Virus record (IMG/VR): IMGVR_UViG_3300035701_000006
Span: 7,267-71,266 of that record
Strand: one strand, 5' to 3'
DNA from: a virus
Lineage: Duplodnaviria > Heunggongvirae > Uroviricota > Caudoviricetes
DNA: 64,000 nucleotides
The translations under genes were made by a program, and so were the position numbers. Positions 56,679 through 64,000 of this stretch are shown piece after piece. Below the pieces are notes generated by a model. The model made no database searches, was not told the origin of the DNA, and saw only the letters and a list, made by a program, of their open reading frames with translations. How positions within the stretch are numbered: position 1 is the first letter of the stretch; every line of letters starts with the position of its first letter.

Positions 56679-58412
56679 ATGGTGCCAGGGTGCGTGACCG
56701 AGGCGCTCTGTACCGAAGTCAAGAATGTCTTGCTGTTCGAGCCGACGGATGACCTCAGACACGATCTGTTCGTGGAGAGGGTCAAGTGGAGGCTCGGATT
56801 TGTCGGCTTTGACGTCCTCGGCATTGGGCCGTTCGCGACGTCGAATAACGTGACGACGCTCACGGTGACGATGGTCGACAGGCGAGATAATGAAGAGCTG
56901 GAAGTCATTGTGAAGATAGAAGGCAAGCAGTTCAGTATCATCTAATCAGGAGCGTCGTCATGGCAAGCCGCAGAGCGCATCGACGAGCTACTAAGTTTGT
57001 GAAGACCTTGGTCTCTGAGATGGCAGCGCTGAAGAGGGCCAAGGCGGAGCTCAAGAATTGCGAGCTGACGTTGGCCGCCTCGAAGGCCCGTACCGACCGC
57101 GCCGCTGCTTCCTGCTGCATCAAGGTCGACCCGGCTGCGAGCATCAAGATGCTTCTTCCGGACAACTGGTCCGACAATTCGACCTGCAAGTGCCAGACTT
57201 GCAGGTTCTACGTGCTCAAGGCCAGTTCTGGCACCCGGCCGATCGGCCGCTGCCGCCGGCGCTGCCCGGTCGTCGAGATCGGGTACCCCGCGGTCTACCC
57301 GACCGACTGGTGCGGCGAGCACAAGATCGACGAGAACAAGATCTAGTAAGTGATGGATGGAGAGGTTCCTTCTAGTTCACTATTGGCCAGAGAACCGGAG
57401 TATTCTGGTCGTCTGAATCAGGACCGGAAGTCAACGGAAGGGCAACCGTATGGATAAGGTAGACACTGTTAGCGTCATTGCCGCGATATTCCGTCTGTAT
57501 GGCTCCCATAACAAGCATATGTCGGACGGAGATATCGACCTGGCCGTCGGCGAGGCGACCCGCATCGTGGAGCGCGCAGATGCATTTCTGAAGCTAACCC
57601 CGGATGAGAGGGAGAAGGTCCTCAAATCCGCTACAAAGGGTAAACCCGTTGGAAAGGCGGATATGCCAACGAACAAAATCCTCCTGGAGGATGCCTAAGA
57701 ATGAAGATGAAGTGCCCGCAGTGCGCCAAGAAGATTGACAGGGCCGAGGCCATGCCGGTCGTCAATCCCACCGAGAAGACCAAGAAGGTCATCCGGCTGG
57801 TCATGTTCCCCTGCAACTGCGAGTACGAGATTAAGGATGACTTCACCCTCAAGAAGACGCGCAAGTTCTTTGATGATATAGAGAGGGGAGAGGCCGCCAC
57901 GAAGGCCCTGAATGAAGGCAAGGATCGGGACAGCTAAGCGCGTTCACCTCCTGCTGAACGGCAATATGACCCTGGCACCGGCTGGGGCGTCGGCCTTTGT
58001 CAGTTGTGGGCTGGGAAATCCTTCCCTACGGATGATCCGGTGACATGCCAGGACTGTCTCCGGAGATTATACCTACTTGACCGGGAGCGTCGTCCGGGGT
58101 ATGGTGGAGGTGGAGACCGCCACCATGAACCTCGGCAGAAGGCTGACGAAGGTCATCGCGAATAAGGTCGCTGAGATCATCATCCGGCGCGTCAACGAGC
58201 TGTACGCGATGACGGACGACCAGGCTGCCCAGGTGGCCAAGCGCTGTTGGGGATCGCTTGGGATAGCCTTCCGCCGGGATGATGAGACCGGTTCTATCTG
58301 TTGCGTCGGCATGAACGATTACACCGTGCCGTCAGTCAAGGGGTGGGGATATTCCTGGGAAGAGGCTTTTGCGATGGCGAGGTCACAATGCCGCAGTTTG
58401 TGTTCTTCGTAA
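56679..58412 (+). other. Run of small hypothetical ORFs (56679-56945, 56960-57346, 57450-57698, 57701-57937, 58077-58412)
   Basis: Plus-strand ORFs. 56960-57346 ends with CQTCRFY..GRCRRRCP..WCGEH and 57701 starts with CPQC. Confidence 0.45.
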
Positions 58413-58573
58413 AGCTGTTCTTGACCATCACCGTGACAGGATTTGTCCTCGCGTTGCTTCTCTTGTCTGGTTATAGTGCGGAGATGGCACTATTCGTCTC
58501 CGTGGCGTTTGGGATGTTGATCGCCATAGACACCACGATGACCACGTTCTCGATTGAACAGAGGAAACCATGA
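58388..58573 (+). CDS. Small two-TM membrane protein
   Basis: MPQFVFFVKLFLTITVTGFVLALLLLSG...ALFVSVAFGMLIAI. Confidence 0.5.
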   Translation: MPQFVFFVKLFLTITVTGFVLALLLLSGYSAEMALFVSVAFGMLIAIDTTMTTFSIEQRKP

Positions 58574-58941
58574 AATCCCGCGGCTTCACCATGATTGAGG
58601 TTTTCGTCGTCGTAGCTATTATCGGCATTGTCGCAGCTCTCATGATCCCTGCGTTAGCCGCAGCAAGGGACAAGACCAAGGAACAGGAAGCTCTACAGGC
58701 GATTGCTGACAACGCTCCGCCCAGAGAGATCGAGCGGATGGAATATGTCAGCGGCGGCGGTGAGACGAAGGAATTCAAGACCGTCGTCCATTGGGTCGAT
58801 GGGACTACTACAATCTTGGATGGCCTTGTCCAGAACTACGCCCAAAAGGGGTATCTTGCTAAGCTCTCCAGGGTTGATGGCAAGTTCGCTATTGTCCAGG
58901 CGGGTCGCGCCCACGTCAAGGTCAAGGTAGAGGCAGAATGA
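58570..58941 (+). CDS. Type IV prepilin-like protein (N-terminal cleavage/methylation motif)
   Basis: MKSRG|FTMIEVFVVVAIIGIVAALMIPALAAAR has G-1, F+1 and E+5 followed by a hydrophobic helix. Confidence 0.85.
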   Translation: MKSRGFTMIEVFVVVAIIGIVAALMIPALAAARDKTKEQEALQAIADNAPPREIERMEYVSGGGETKEFKTVVHWVDGTTTILDGLVQNYAQKGYLAKLSRVDGKFAIVQAGRAHVKVKVEAE

Positions 58942-59171
58942 ACTGGCCTAATAGCATCCGCTCCCGGATTGAGGCCTTGAAGGCCTTCGTCGTCACAGGA
59001 ACTCTCGTCGCATATGCGTTCATTTGGGGCGTATTCGTGATGTGTGATGCGGTCGAACATCGAGAAGCGCAATTCACCATGGCCCATTTCCTGCTCACCC
59101 TTGGAATGGCGATGGCCTATTGGGCATTTTGCAGGTGCAGGGAAGACTACTACAAGTACAGGAATGGGTAA
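58938..59171 (+). CDS. Small two-TM membrane protein
   Basis: Two hydrophobic segments, coupled to the pilin-like gene. Confidence 0.5.
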   Translation: MNWPNSIRSRIEALKAFVVTGTLVAYAFIWGVFVMCDAVEHREAQFTMAHFLLTLGMAMAYWAFCRCREDYYKYRNG

Positions 59172-59443
59172 GTGTGCTCTCTGCGACCGACACGCACAAA
59201 CCACTCGACACCACATCGTGCCGAAGTGTCGTCGGCGGAACAAGATGTCCGTGGATGCCAAGAAGCTGGTCGGCAACACGGTCCCATTTCTGCCGCGACT
59301 GCCACAGGGCTATCCATGTGATGTTCAGTGAGAAGCAACTGGCTTCGGAATACTATACCGTTGAGAGGCTAAAGGCCGAGCCTCGAGTGCAGAAGTTCAT
59401 CGCCTGGATCAAGAAGCGGCCCTCGACGACGTACTTTGGGTGA
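59164..59443 (+). pseudogene. HNH endonuclease split by a +1 frame change at 59287-59290
   Basis: MGKCALCD...RHHIVPK...TVPF in one frame, CRDCHRAIH...KFIAWIKKRP in the +1 frame. Confidence 0.7.
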
Positions 59444-59508
59444 AGAGGAATTTGCCAAGAGTATCTAAACATAGGATGATGGAGCAATCCTCAGGGCAGC
59501 GCGCCGCA

Positions 59509-59673
59509 GGAATCTCCTGATTCCACGTTCCTTTGCCGCAGGGCCGTGAGGCCGCCGGCGAAGCAAAGCCAGGTGCCCGGCGACGGCACCCGGGTGTCAG
59601 GGAAGCCTTTAGAGCCTGGTGCGGCTTCCGCACTCCCGGAGTTGTCGGACGTCAAAAGGAAGTGGAGGACACT
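59509..59673 (+). promoter_or_regulatory. Structured 5' leader of the vWA gene with an anti-SD helix
   Basis: 59521-59535 is complementary to 59653-59667 (covering GGAG). Three internal hairpins, and a competing hairpin at 59509-59524. Confidence 0.45.
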
Positions 59674-61191
59674 ATGTCCGCGCCATCCGTGTCTTTGTCT
59701 GCACGCCTCGGTCTCTCGAAGGTCTCGTACGAGAATCCTGGCGAGAACCACCTTCTAATCACCCTGGAAGGCGGCAAGCTCGACAAGTCCAAGACCAGGA
59801 AGCCCCTCCGCGTCGGAGCTGCCATCGACACCTCCGGGAGCATGGCGGGGCAGAAGCTGGACTTCGCCATCAAGTCCCTCTGCATTTTCGTCGACAACCT
59901 CACCGCCGACGACATGTTCGGCGTCTGTGGGTTCTCCGACAACGTCTTCTCCGTCGTCAAGCCTGCCTTTATGACTCCGGAGAACAAGGAGGCCGCGAAG
60001 GCGGAGATCAGGGGTCTCAGGTCGATGAGCGCGACGAACCTGTCCGGAGCGACCATCGAGGCCTTCAACCTCGCCAACGCCGACAGGCCGAAGAAGGACA
60101 AGGTGCCCAAGGCTGAGTTCGGGAAGCTCGGGGCGGCCAAGATCATCGACGACGCGAACGACGTCGATGATGGGTTCCTTTGTCGCGGCTTCCTGTTCAC
60201 GGATGGGCAGCCAACGGCCGGAGATACATCGAAGGAAGGGCTCATTAAGCTGGCTGGAAGCCGGATCGGCGGGGCGAGCCTGACCGCCTTTGGCTACGGC
60301 AGCGACCACGATGCGGAGCTCCTGGCGTCGATGGCCAGCAAGGGCGGCGGCAATTACTACTTCATCGAGGACTTCGACAAGTGCCCGGCTTTCTTCGGCC
60401 GGGAGCTTGGGGGCCTCATCTCCTGCATGGCGCAGGGCATCAAGATCAAGATCAAGGCGGCCTCGGGCGTCAAGTTCACCAAGGTCTTCAACGATCTCGA
60501 CGTGGACGCCAGCGACGACCAGTCTGAGTGCACCATCTCAATGGACGACGTCTATGCGGAAGAGAAGCGCAAGATTCTCATCCTTACGGAGCTGCCCGAG
60601 AAGAGCAAGGCTGTCGCGGCTCGGGCGTCCAAGCTCTGTGACATTGAGGTGACGTACGTCGATCTCAAGACGGGTGAGAAGGTCAAGCTGGAGGACTCCG
60701 TCAAGATCGAGTATGTCAAAGAGGATGAGGCCGACAAGAAGGTCGATAAGGAGGTCGAAGAGCAGATCGTCCGTTTCAAGGGCCTCGAGGCTCAAGAAGA
60801 GGCCCGAGCCTTCGCCGACAGAGGCAACTTCGCGGGTGGCCAGTCGGTACTTCGGAGCTTCTCTGCTTTCGCGGGTAATCAAGGCTGGCAGGGAATGGCC
60901 GACGACGTTGGTGAAGCCGCCCTTTACCTTTCGGACGCCGGCACGTACGAGAGCGGAGGGAAGAAAGGGCTCATGGCCAGATCAATGTCATACGGCACTG
61001 GCCGCGGCGGGACGATCGAGACGGCGGCGATGTTCGGGACCAGGGTTCAGGCCGATACGGCGGCCAAGTTCCAGGACGAGTCGAAGTCTGGGTCCGCTGA
61101 TGCGGCTGGAGGCGCGACAGGAGGGCTGGGCGGGCGCGCGGCTACGGGAGGGGTCGCTGGGAGGCTGTCGAAGAAGCGCAGCCGCAAATAA
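59674..61191 (+). CDS. von Willebrand factor A (vWA) domain protein
   Basis: MIDAS motif AIDTSGSMAG, then TNLSGA, LFTDGQPT, FGYGSDHD..LLASMA..GGGNYYFI. The start is at ATG 59674 after GGAGG. Confidence 0.9.
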   Translation: MSAPSVSLSARLGLSKVSYENPGENHLLITLEGGKLDKSKTRKPLRVGAAIDTSGSMAGQKLDFAIKSLCIFVDNLTADDMFGVCGFSDNVFSVVKPAFMTPENKEAAKAEIRGLRSMSATNLSGATIEAFNLANADRPKKDKVPKAEFGKLGAAKIIDDANDVDDGFLCRGFLFTDGQPTAGDTSKEGLIKLAGSRIGGASLTAFGYGSDHDAELLASMASKGGGNYYFIEDFDKCPAFFGRELGGLISCMAQGIKIKIKAASGVKFTKVFNDLDVDASDDQSECTISMDDVYAEEKRKILILTELPEKSKAVAARASKLCDIEVTYVDLKTGEKVKLEDSVKIEYVKEDEADKKVDKEVEEQIVRFKGLEAQEEARAFADRGNFAGGQSVLRSFSAFAGNQGWQGMADDVGEAALYLSDAGTYESGGKKGLMARSMSYGTGRGGTIETAAMFGTRVQADTAAKFQDESKSGSADAAGGATGGLGGRAATGGVAGRLSKKRSRK

Positions 61192-61247
61192 GCTACATAA
61201 GCTACTGGCAACGACCCCGGCCAACCCGGGGTCGTTGTGTATGTAGC
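61192..61247 (+). terminator. Long hairpin after vWA (terminator or processing site)
   Basis: CAACGACCCCGG-CCAAC-CCGGGGTCGTTG inside GCTACATA/TATGTAGC. The U-tract is weak. Confidence 0.55.
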
Positions 61248-61258
61248 AAAGATAAAGT

Positions 61259-61420
61259 ATGAAAATAAAGATAGTTAAGATCATACTTGCAATAGCGGCT
61301 GTCGCCCTTGCTACCGTCATCGTGTACGATAAGAAGACCGATTATATCTATGCCGGGATACTTCTCGTGATTGTCGCGCTCTTCATGAACCTTGACAGGA
61401 ATGACGACGTAGGACACTGA
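61259..61420 (+). CDS. 53-aa two-TM protein, holin candidate
   Basis: Hand translation MKIKIVKIILAIAAVALATVIVYDKKTDYIYAGILLVIVALFMNLDRNDDVGH. CAAAGATA motif upstream and the endolysin downstream. Confidence 0.45.
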   Translation: MKIKIVKIILAIAAVALATVIVYDKKTDYIYAGILLVIVALFMNLDRNDDVGH

Positions 61421-61461
61421 GTATCTCATCTTCTAAGGGTTCATTGGAGGGACGCGTAAAA

Positions 61462-61685
61462 GTGGTTGACAGAGAGATGGCTGCGGCCAAGCCAATTGGC
61501 CCGCGCGAAGGGCATCGCGCACAGTGGGATGGTCCAAGGCGCAGTGGCGGATTGTCGAGCGCGCGAAGCGGCAAGACCGATAGCGCGCGGGGCCACGGAG
61601 CTAGAAACGAAGCGCCCAAAGTTATCTTGAACTGCCATAAATAGGTGCCGGTGAGAATCCGGCCAGCCATCTCTCTTTCAACCAC
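61462..61685 (+). ncRNA. Candidate ~224-nt structured, tRNA-like RNA
   Basis: 21 of 22 bp terminal stem, two short hairpins, a long nested arm, and a 5-bp/7-nt T-loop-like arm abutting the 3' strand. Confidence 0.55.
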
Positions 61686-61693
61686 GAGGTCGT

Positions 61694-62188
61694 ATGAAGA
61701 CCGGTATACTGGGTCTCAATCTGATCAAGGAATATGAAGGCTTCCGCGGCTCTGTCTATATAGACGGCGCTGGACATGAAACGATAGGGTTTGGTCACAA
61801 GCTGACGGCTAGCGAGGTCTTTAACGGAGCATACATCAACAAGACCATCACAGAGGATCAGGCAATCCAGATCCTCGCCAATGACCTTGTCGTCGCAGAG
61901 AGCGTAGTGTCGAGCGAGGTCATAGTCGAACTGAACCAGAATCAGTTCGACGCGCTGGTCAGCTTCGTGTTCAATCTTGGATCTGGCAACTTCTCCAGGA
62001 GCACGCTTCTGCAGAAGCTCAATGAAGGCGACTACGACTCCGCATCGTCGGAGATCCTCCGGTGGGACAAGCAGACGGACAAGAAGACAGGCATCAAGGA
62101 AAGTGTTCCGGGCCTGGCGAGACGCAGGAAGGCGGAAGCCGACCTGTGGAATGCGCTTCCACCCATGTCCAGTAATGGTGTCGTATGA
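61694..62188 (+). CDS. GH24 phage lysozyme (endolysin)
   Basis: IKEYEGFR..VYIDGAGHETIGFGH, NQNQFDALVSFVFNLG and GLARRRKAE. Confidence 0.95.
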   Translation: MKTGILGLNLIKEYEGFRGSVYIDGAGHETIGFGHKLTASEVFNGAYINKTITEDQAIQILANDLVVAESVVSSEVIVELNQNQFDALVSFVFNLGSGNFSRSTLLQKLNEGDYDSASSEILRWDKQTDKKTGIKESVPGLARRRKAEADLWNALPPMSSNGVV

Positions 62189-62721
62189 GGTTCTGGTTCG
62201 ATACGGAATTCATCGAGGACGGACGTACGATAGACCTTATTAGCATCGGCATAGTGTCTGAGGATGGTAGAGAGTACTACGCCGTGAGCAGGGAATTCAA
62301 CCCCAAGAAGGCAGGGGATTGGGTCAGGGACAACGTCCTCAGCAAGCTCGGCGACGTACCGAGAAAGAAGAGACGAGAGATAAGGGATGAGGTCCGACAG
62401 TTCTTGGGGAGCCATCCTGAAGTTTGGGGGTATTATTGCGACTACGACTGGGTCGTCCTTTGTCAGCTGTTTGGGCGCATGGCTGATCTCCCGGAGGACT
62501 GGCCGAAGTTCTGTCTGGACATTAAGCAACTCTGCATCCAGAAGGGAGATCCTGTGCTCCCGAATCAGGACGAGGGGGAGCACAACGCGCTATCTGACGC
62601 AAGATGGAACATGATCGCCTGGGATTTTCTGATGGGCGCGGAAGCGAATTACAACCAGAGGCTCGATGTCGCGCTTCAACGCCCACTCAACTTGTCGGCT
62701 TATCCTTGGCAGACCTTATGA
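62185..62721 (+). CDS. DEDDh 3'-5' exoribonuclease (RNase AS / Rv2179c-like)
   Basis: WFDTEF..DLISIGIVSEDGREYYA, YDWVVLCQLFG.M..LP and HNALSDARW. Confidence 0.9.
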   Translation: MRFWFDTEFIEDGRTIDLISIGIVSEDGREYYAVSREFNPKKAGDWVRDNVLSKLGDVPRKKRREIRDEVRQFLGSHPEVWGYYCDYDWVVLCQLFGRMADLPEDWPKFCLDIKQLCIQKGDPVLPNQDEGEHNALSDARWNMIAWDFLMGAEANYNQRLDVALQRPLNLSAYPWQTL

Positions 62722-62930
62722 AGGTCATCATAGTCCCGAAGAGCGACCGGTGCAATTGCCCTTGCGGATGCAAGAAGAATTTCGAATATACACAGCGCAA
62801 GCCCATTCCCAAGCAGATCCTACCAGATGGAAGCCGCCAGCCAGTTGCCGAAAGTCGGGTCCTTGCAAACTACAACTACATCATCAATAACTATGGGAGT
62901 GACGGTAGGAGTGGGGTTAGCGTCATCTAG
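62718..62930 (+). CDS. Small Cys-containing hypothetical protein
   Basis: CNCPCGC. The ATG overlaps the upstream TGA. Confidence 0.4.
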   Translation: MKVIIVPKSDRCNCPCGCKKNFEYTQRKPIPKQILPDGSRQPVAESRVLANYNYIINNYGSDGRSGVSVI

Positions 62931-63250
62931 GATTGGGACGAAGCGTTGAGACCGATCTTCGGCTTGGGATTAGCAGAATGGACGGCTATGCCGAGGAATT
63001 CCTGCGCGAAGAATGAGATGACTTCCCCAGGGGTTTGATGCGTTGCTTTGGCATACGCGTTGATGAAGACCCAGCACGTTTCTGGCAGGCCGACGTCCAC
63101 GCCTTGAACTACGAGCCGACCCTCACGCCAGAGTTCTGGGTGTTCGGCTAGTACTGTGGATACTCTGCGGCGCACGCTGTCGTACGAGACACTCCCATGT
63201 CCGTACGGCGACCCAGGTTCCCCAGCATTATGGGTTAGGGCTTTCCCCAC
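62927..63250 (-). CDS. Hypothetical protein
   Basis: ORF downstream of a minus-strand sigma70-like promoter. Confidence 0.45.
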   Translation of the reverse strand: MGKALTHNAGEPGSPYGHGSVSYDSVRRRVSTVLAEHPELWREGRLVVQGVDVGLPETCWVFINAYAKATHQTPGEVISFFAQEFLGIAVHSANPKPKIGLNASSQS

Positions 63251-63256
63251 AGACGT

Positions 63257-63285
63257 ATTAAATACTACCGAAATACTCTTGTCAA
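63257..63285 (-). promoter_or_regulatory. Sigma70-type promoter (minus strand)
   Basis: TTGACA-17 nt-TTTAAT on the reverse strand. Confidence 0.6.
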
Positions 63286-63370
63286 TTATTTAACATTCTA
63301 TCCACAGTCTCCTAACAGTGAATCCACAAATCCAGTATGCAAATATAAATAAAGTCGAGGAAGATACCCC

Positions 63371-64000
63371 ATGGCAGATTTCGAAAAGCTTCTCAGTATT
63401 GCCATCTCCATCCTGTCAGAACAGGATGAGGGTGATGAGCCCGAGCGGGCCCCGGAAGTGGCCGCGCCCGAGCAGGCCGTTCCGGTCCTCGACGCACCTG
63501 GGGTACCGCCAGCAGAAGCCGATGATGAAGAAGGGAAATACGGATATCCGCCTGGGGTCGATCCTGCGGAATTCAGGGCTCGTCAGTGGACACCGGAGGA
63601 GTTAAAAGAAGTCGGCATTACGCCGGAGATATCTGCCGAGTGGCGTGCGATGCCGCATACGTTAGAGAACCTTACGAAGATAAAGCTGCCGCTTATCCAT
63701 GGCTGGACCGAGAGAGAAGTCGTAAAGGCTCTGGAGCCGTATATTTACAAACTTGCGCAGAAGTATGTGACCGAGAGGTTTCCGATCGATGATGCAGCCC
63801 AAGAGGGTGCTATCGGCGTCCTGGCCGCACTCAAGACGGATGGGGGCCTTGCGCCTATTGCGACCCATGCCTGGAAGCATATCCAGACCGCCATCAGAAG
63901 GGCATCTGCTCAGAGCGGCTTGATCAGGAAGGGCGAGCGCGGGATGCCGCTTCCTAGCGGTGGTTATTCCGGTCCAGAATTCCACGATGTCGGTGTCGTG
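63371..64000 (+). CDS. Sigma70-family factor, partial (runs off window end)
   Basis: Hand translation ...EVVKALEPYIYKLAQKYVTERFPIDDAAQEGAIGVLAALKTD...ATHAWKHIQTAIRRA is region-2-like. It follows an acidic Pro-rich N-terminus. Confidence 0.7.
   Translation, partial: MADFEKLLSIAISILSEQDEGDEPERAPEVAAPEQAVPVLDAPGVPPAEADDEEGKYGYPPGVDPAEFRARQWTPEELKEVGITPEISAEWRAMPHTLENLTKIKLPLIHGWTEREVVKALEPYIYKLAQKYVTERFPIDDAAQEGAIGVLAALKTDGGLAPIATHAWKHIQTAIRRASAQSGLIRKGERGMPLPSGGYSGPEFHDVGVV

Noticed and set aside
59474-59610. Fluoride or c-di-GMP-I riboswitch
   Set aside because: GATGGAG..CTCC and GCAAAGCC resemble parts of these aptamers, but the key segments (GTTC and ATGAC for fluoride, GGCAAAC for c-di-GMP-I) are absent.
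61202-61429. 75-aa minus-strand ORF
   Set aside because: It runs into a hairpin and overlaps a better-supported plus-strand two-TM ORF that has a late motif.
61640-61670. Cobalamin riboswitch (AATAGG..GCCGGTGAGAATCCGGC)
   Set aside because: Only the T-loop arm matches. The GGGAA, CCCGC.ACTGT and B12-box (GCCACTG/GGGAAG) elements are missing, and the downstream gene is a lysozyme.
61462-61685. Canonical tRNA, tmRNA, RNase P, SRP or retron msr-msd
   Set aside because: There is no TTCRA loop or 7-nt anticodon loop, no tag ORF ending in ALAA, no GAGGAAAGTCC, no SRP54-binding motif, and no reverse transcriptase nearby.
1-64000. Stop-codon reassignment, tRNA/rRNA genes, group I/II introns
   Set aside because: Conserved genes are full length in the standard code and use all three stops. 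No canonical cloverleaf, rRNA or intron signature was seen by eye. A tRNAscan/Infernal run would be needed to exclude them formally.

Overview
A 64-kb segment of a large, GC-rich, distantly T4-like (jumbo-type) myovirus genome in the standard genetic code. From left to right: (1) 1-5985, a divergent sugar-modification cluster (about six glycosyltransferase-like ORFs, a GDP-mannose-dehydratase-like SDR, a SAM methyltransferase). (2) 6022-24292, a tail/baseplate module (three gp19-like tube paralogues, a tail chaperone pair with a candidate +1 frameshift, hub, tape measure, gp53-, gp5-, gp25- and gp6-like genes), interrupted by a P-loop kinase, a primase and hypotheticals. (3) 25269-33480, class II RNR (NrdJ), an alkaline-phosphatase/NIDO/FN3 fusion, a UvsW-like helicase and a sigma-like factor. 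(4) 34145-48890, the head module (TerL, intein-containing portal, a 1146-aa acidic repeat protein, prohead protease, scaffold, gp23-like capsid), followed by a free-standing HNH. (5) 49.6-64 kb, accessory genes (DUF4419, a PVC-style prepilin-like protein, a frameshifted HNH, vWA, a holin-like ORF, a GH24 endolysin, RNase AS, a truncated second sigma factor). The most interesting signals are a ~224-nt tRNA-like structured element between the holin-like ORF and the endolysin, the giant repeat protein that looks like a protease-processed polyprotein, the apparently late-expressed glycosylation operon, the +1 slippery site, and a switch-like leader on the vWA gene. All assignments come from motif recognition by eye. 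No database search or folding program was run.
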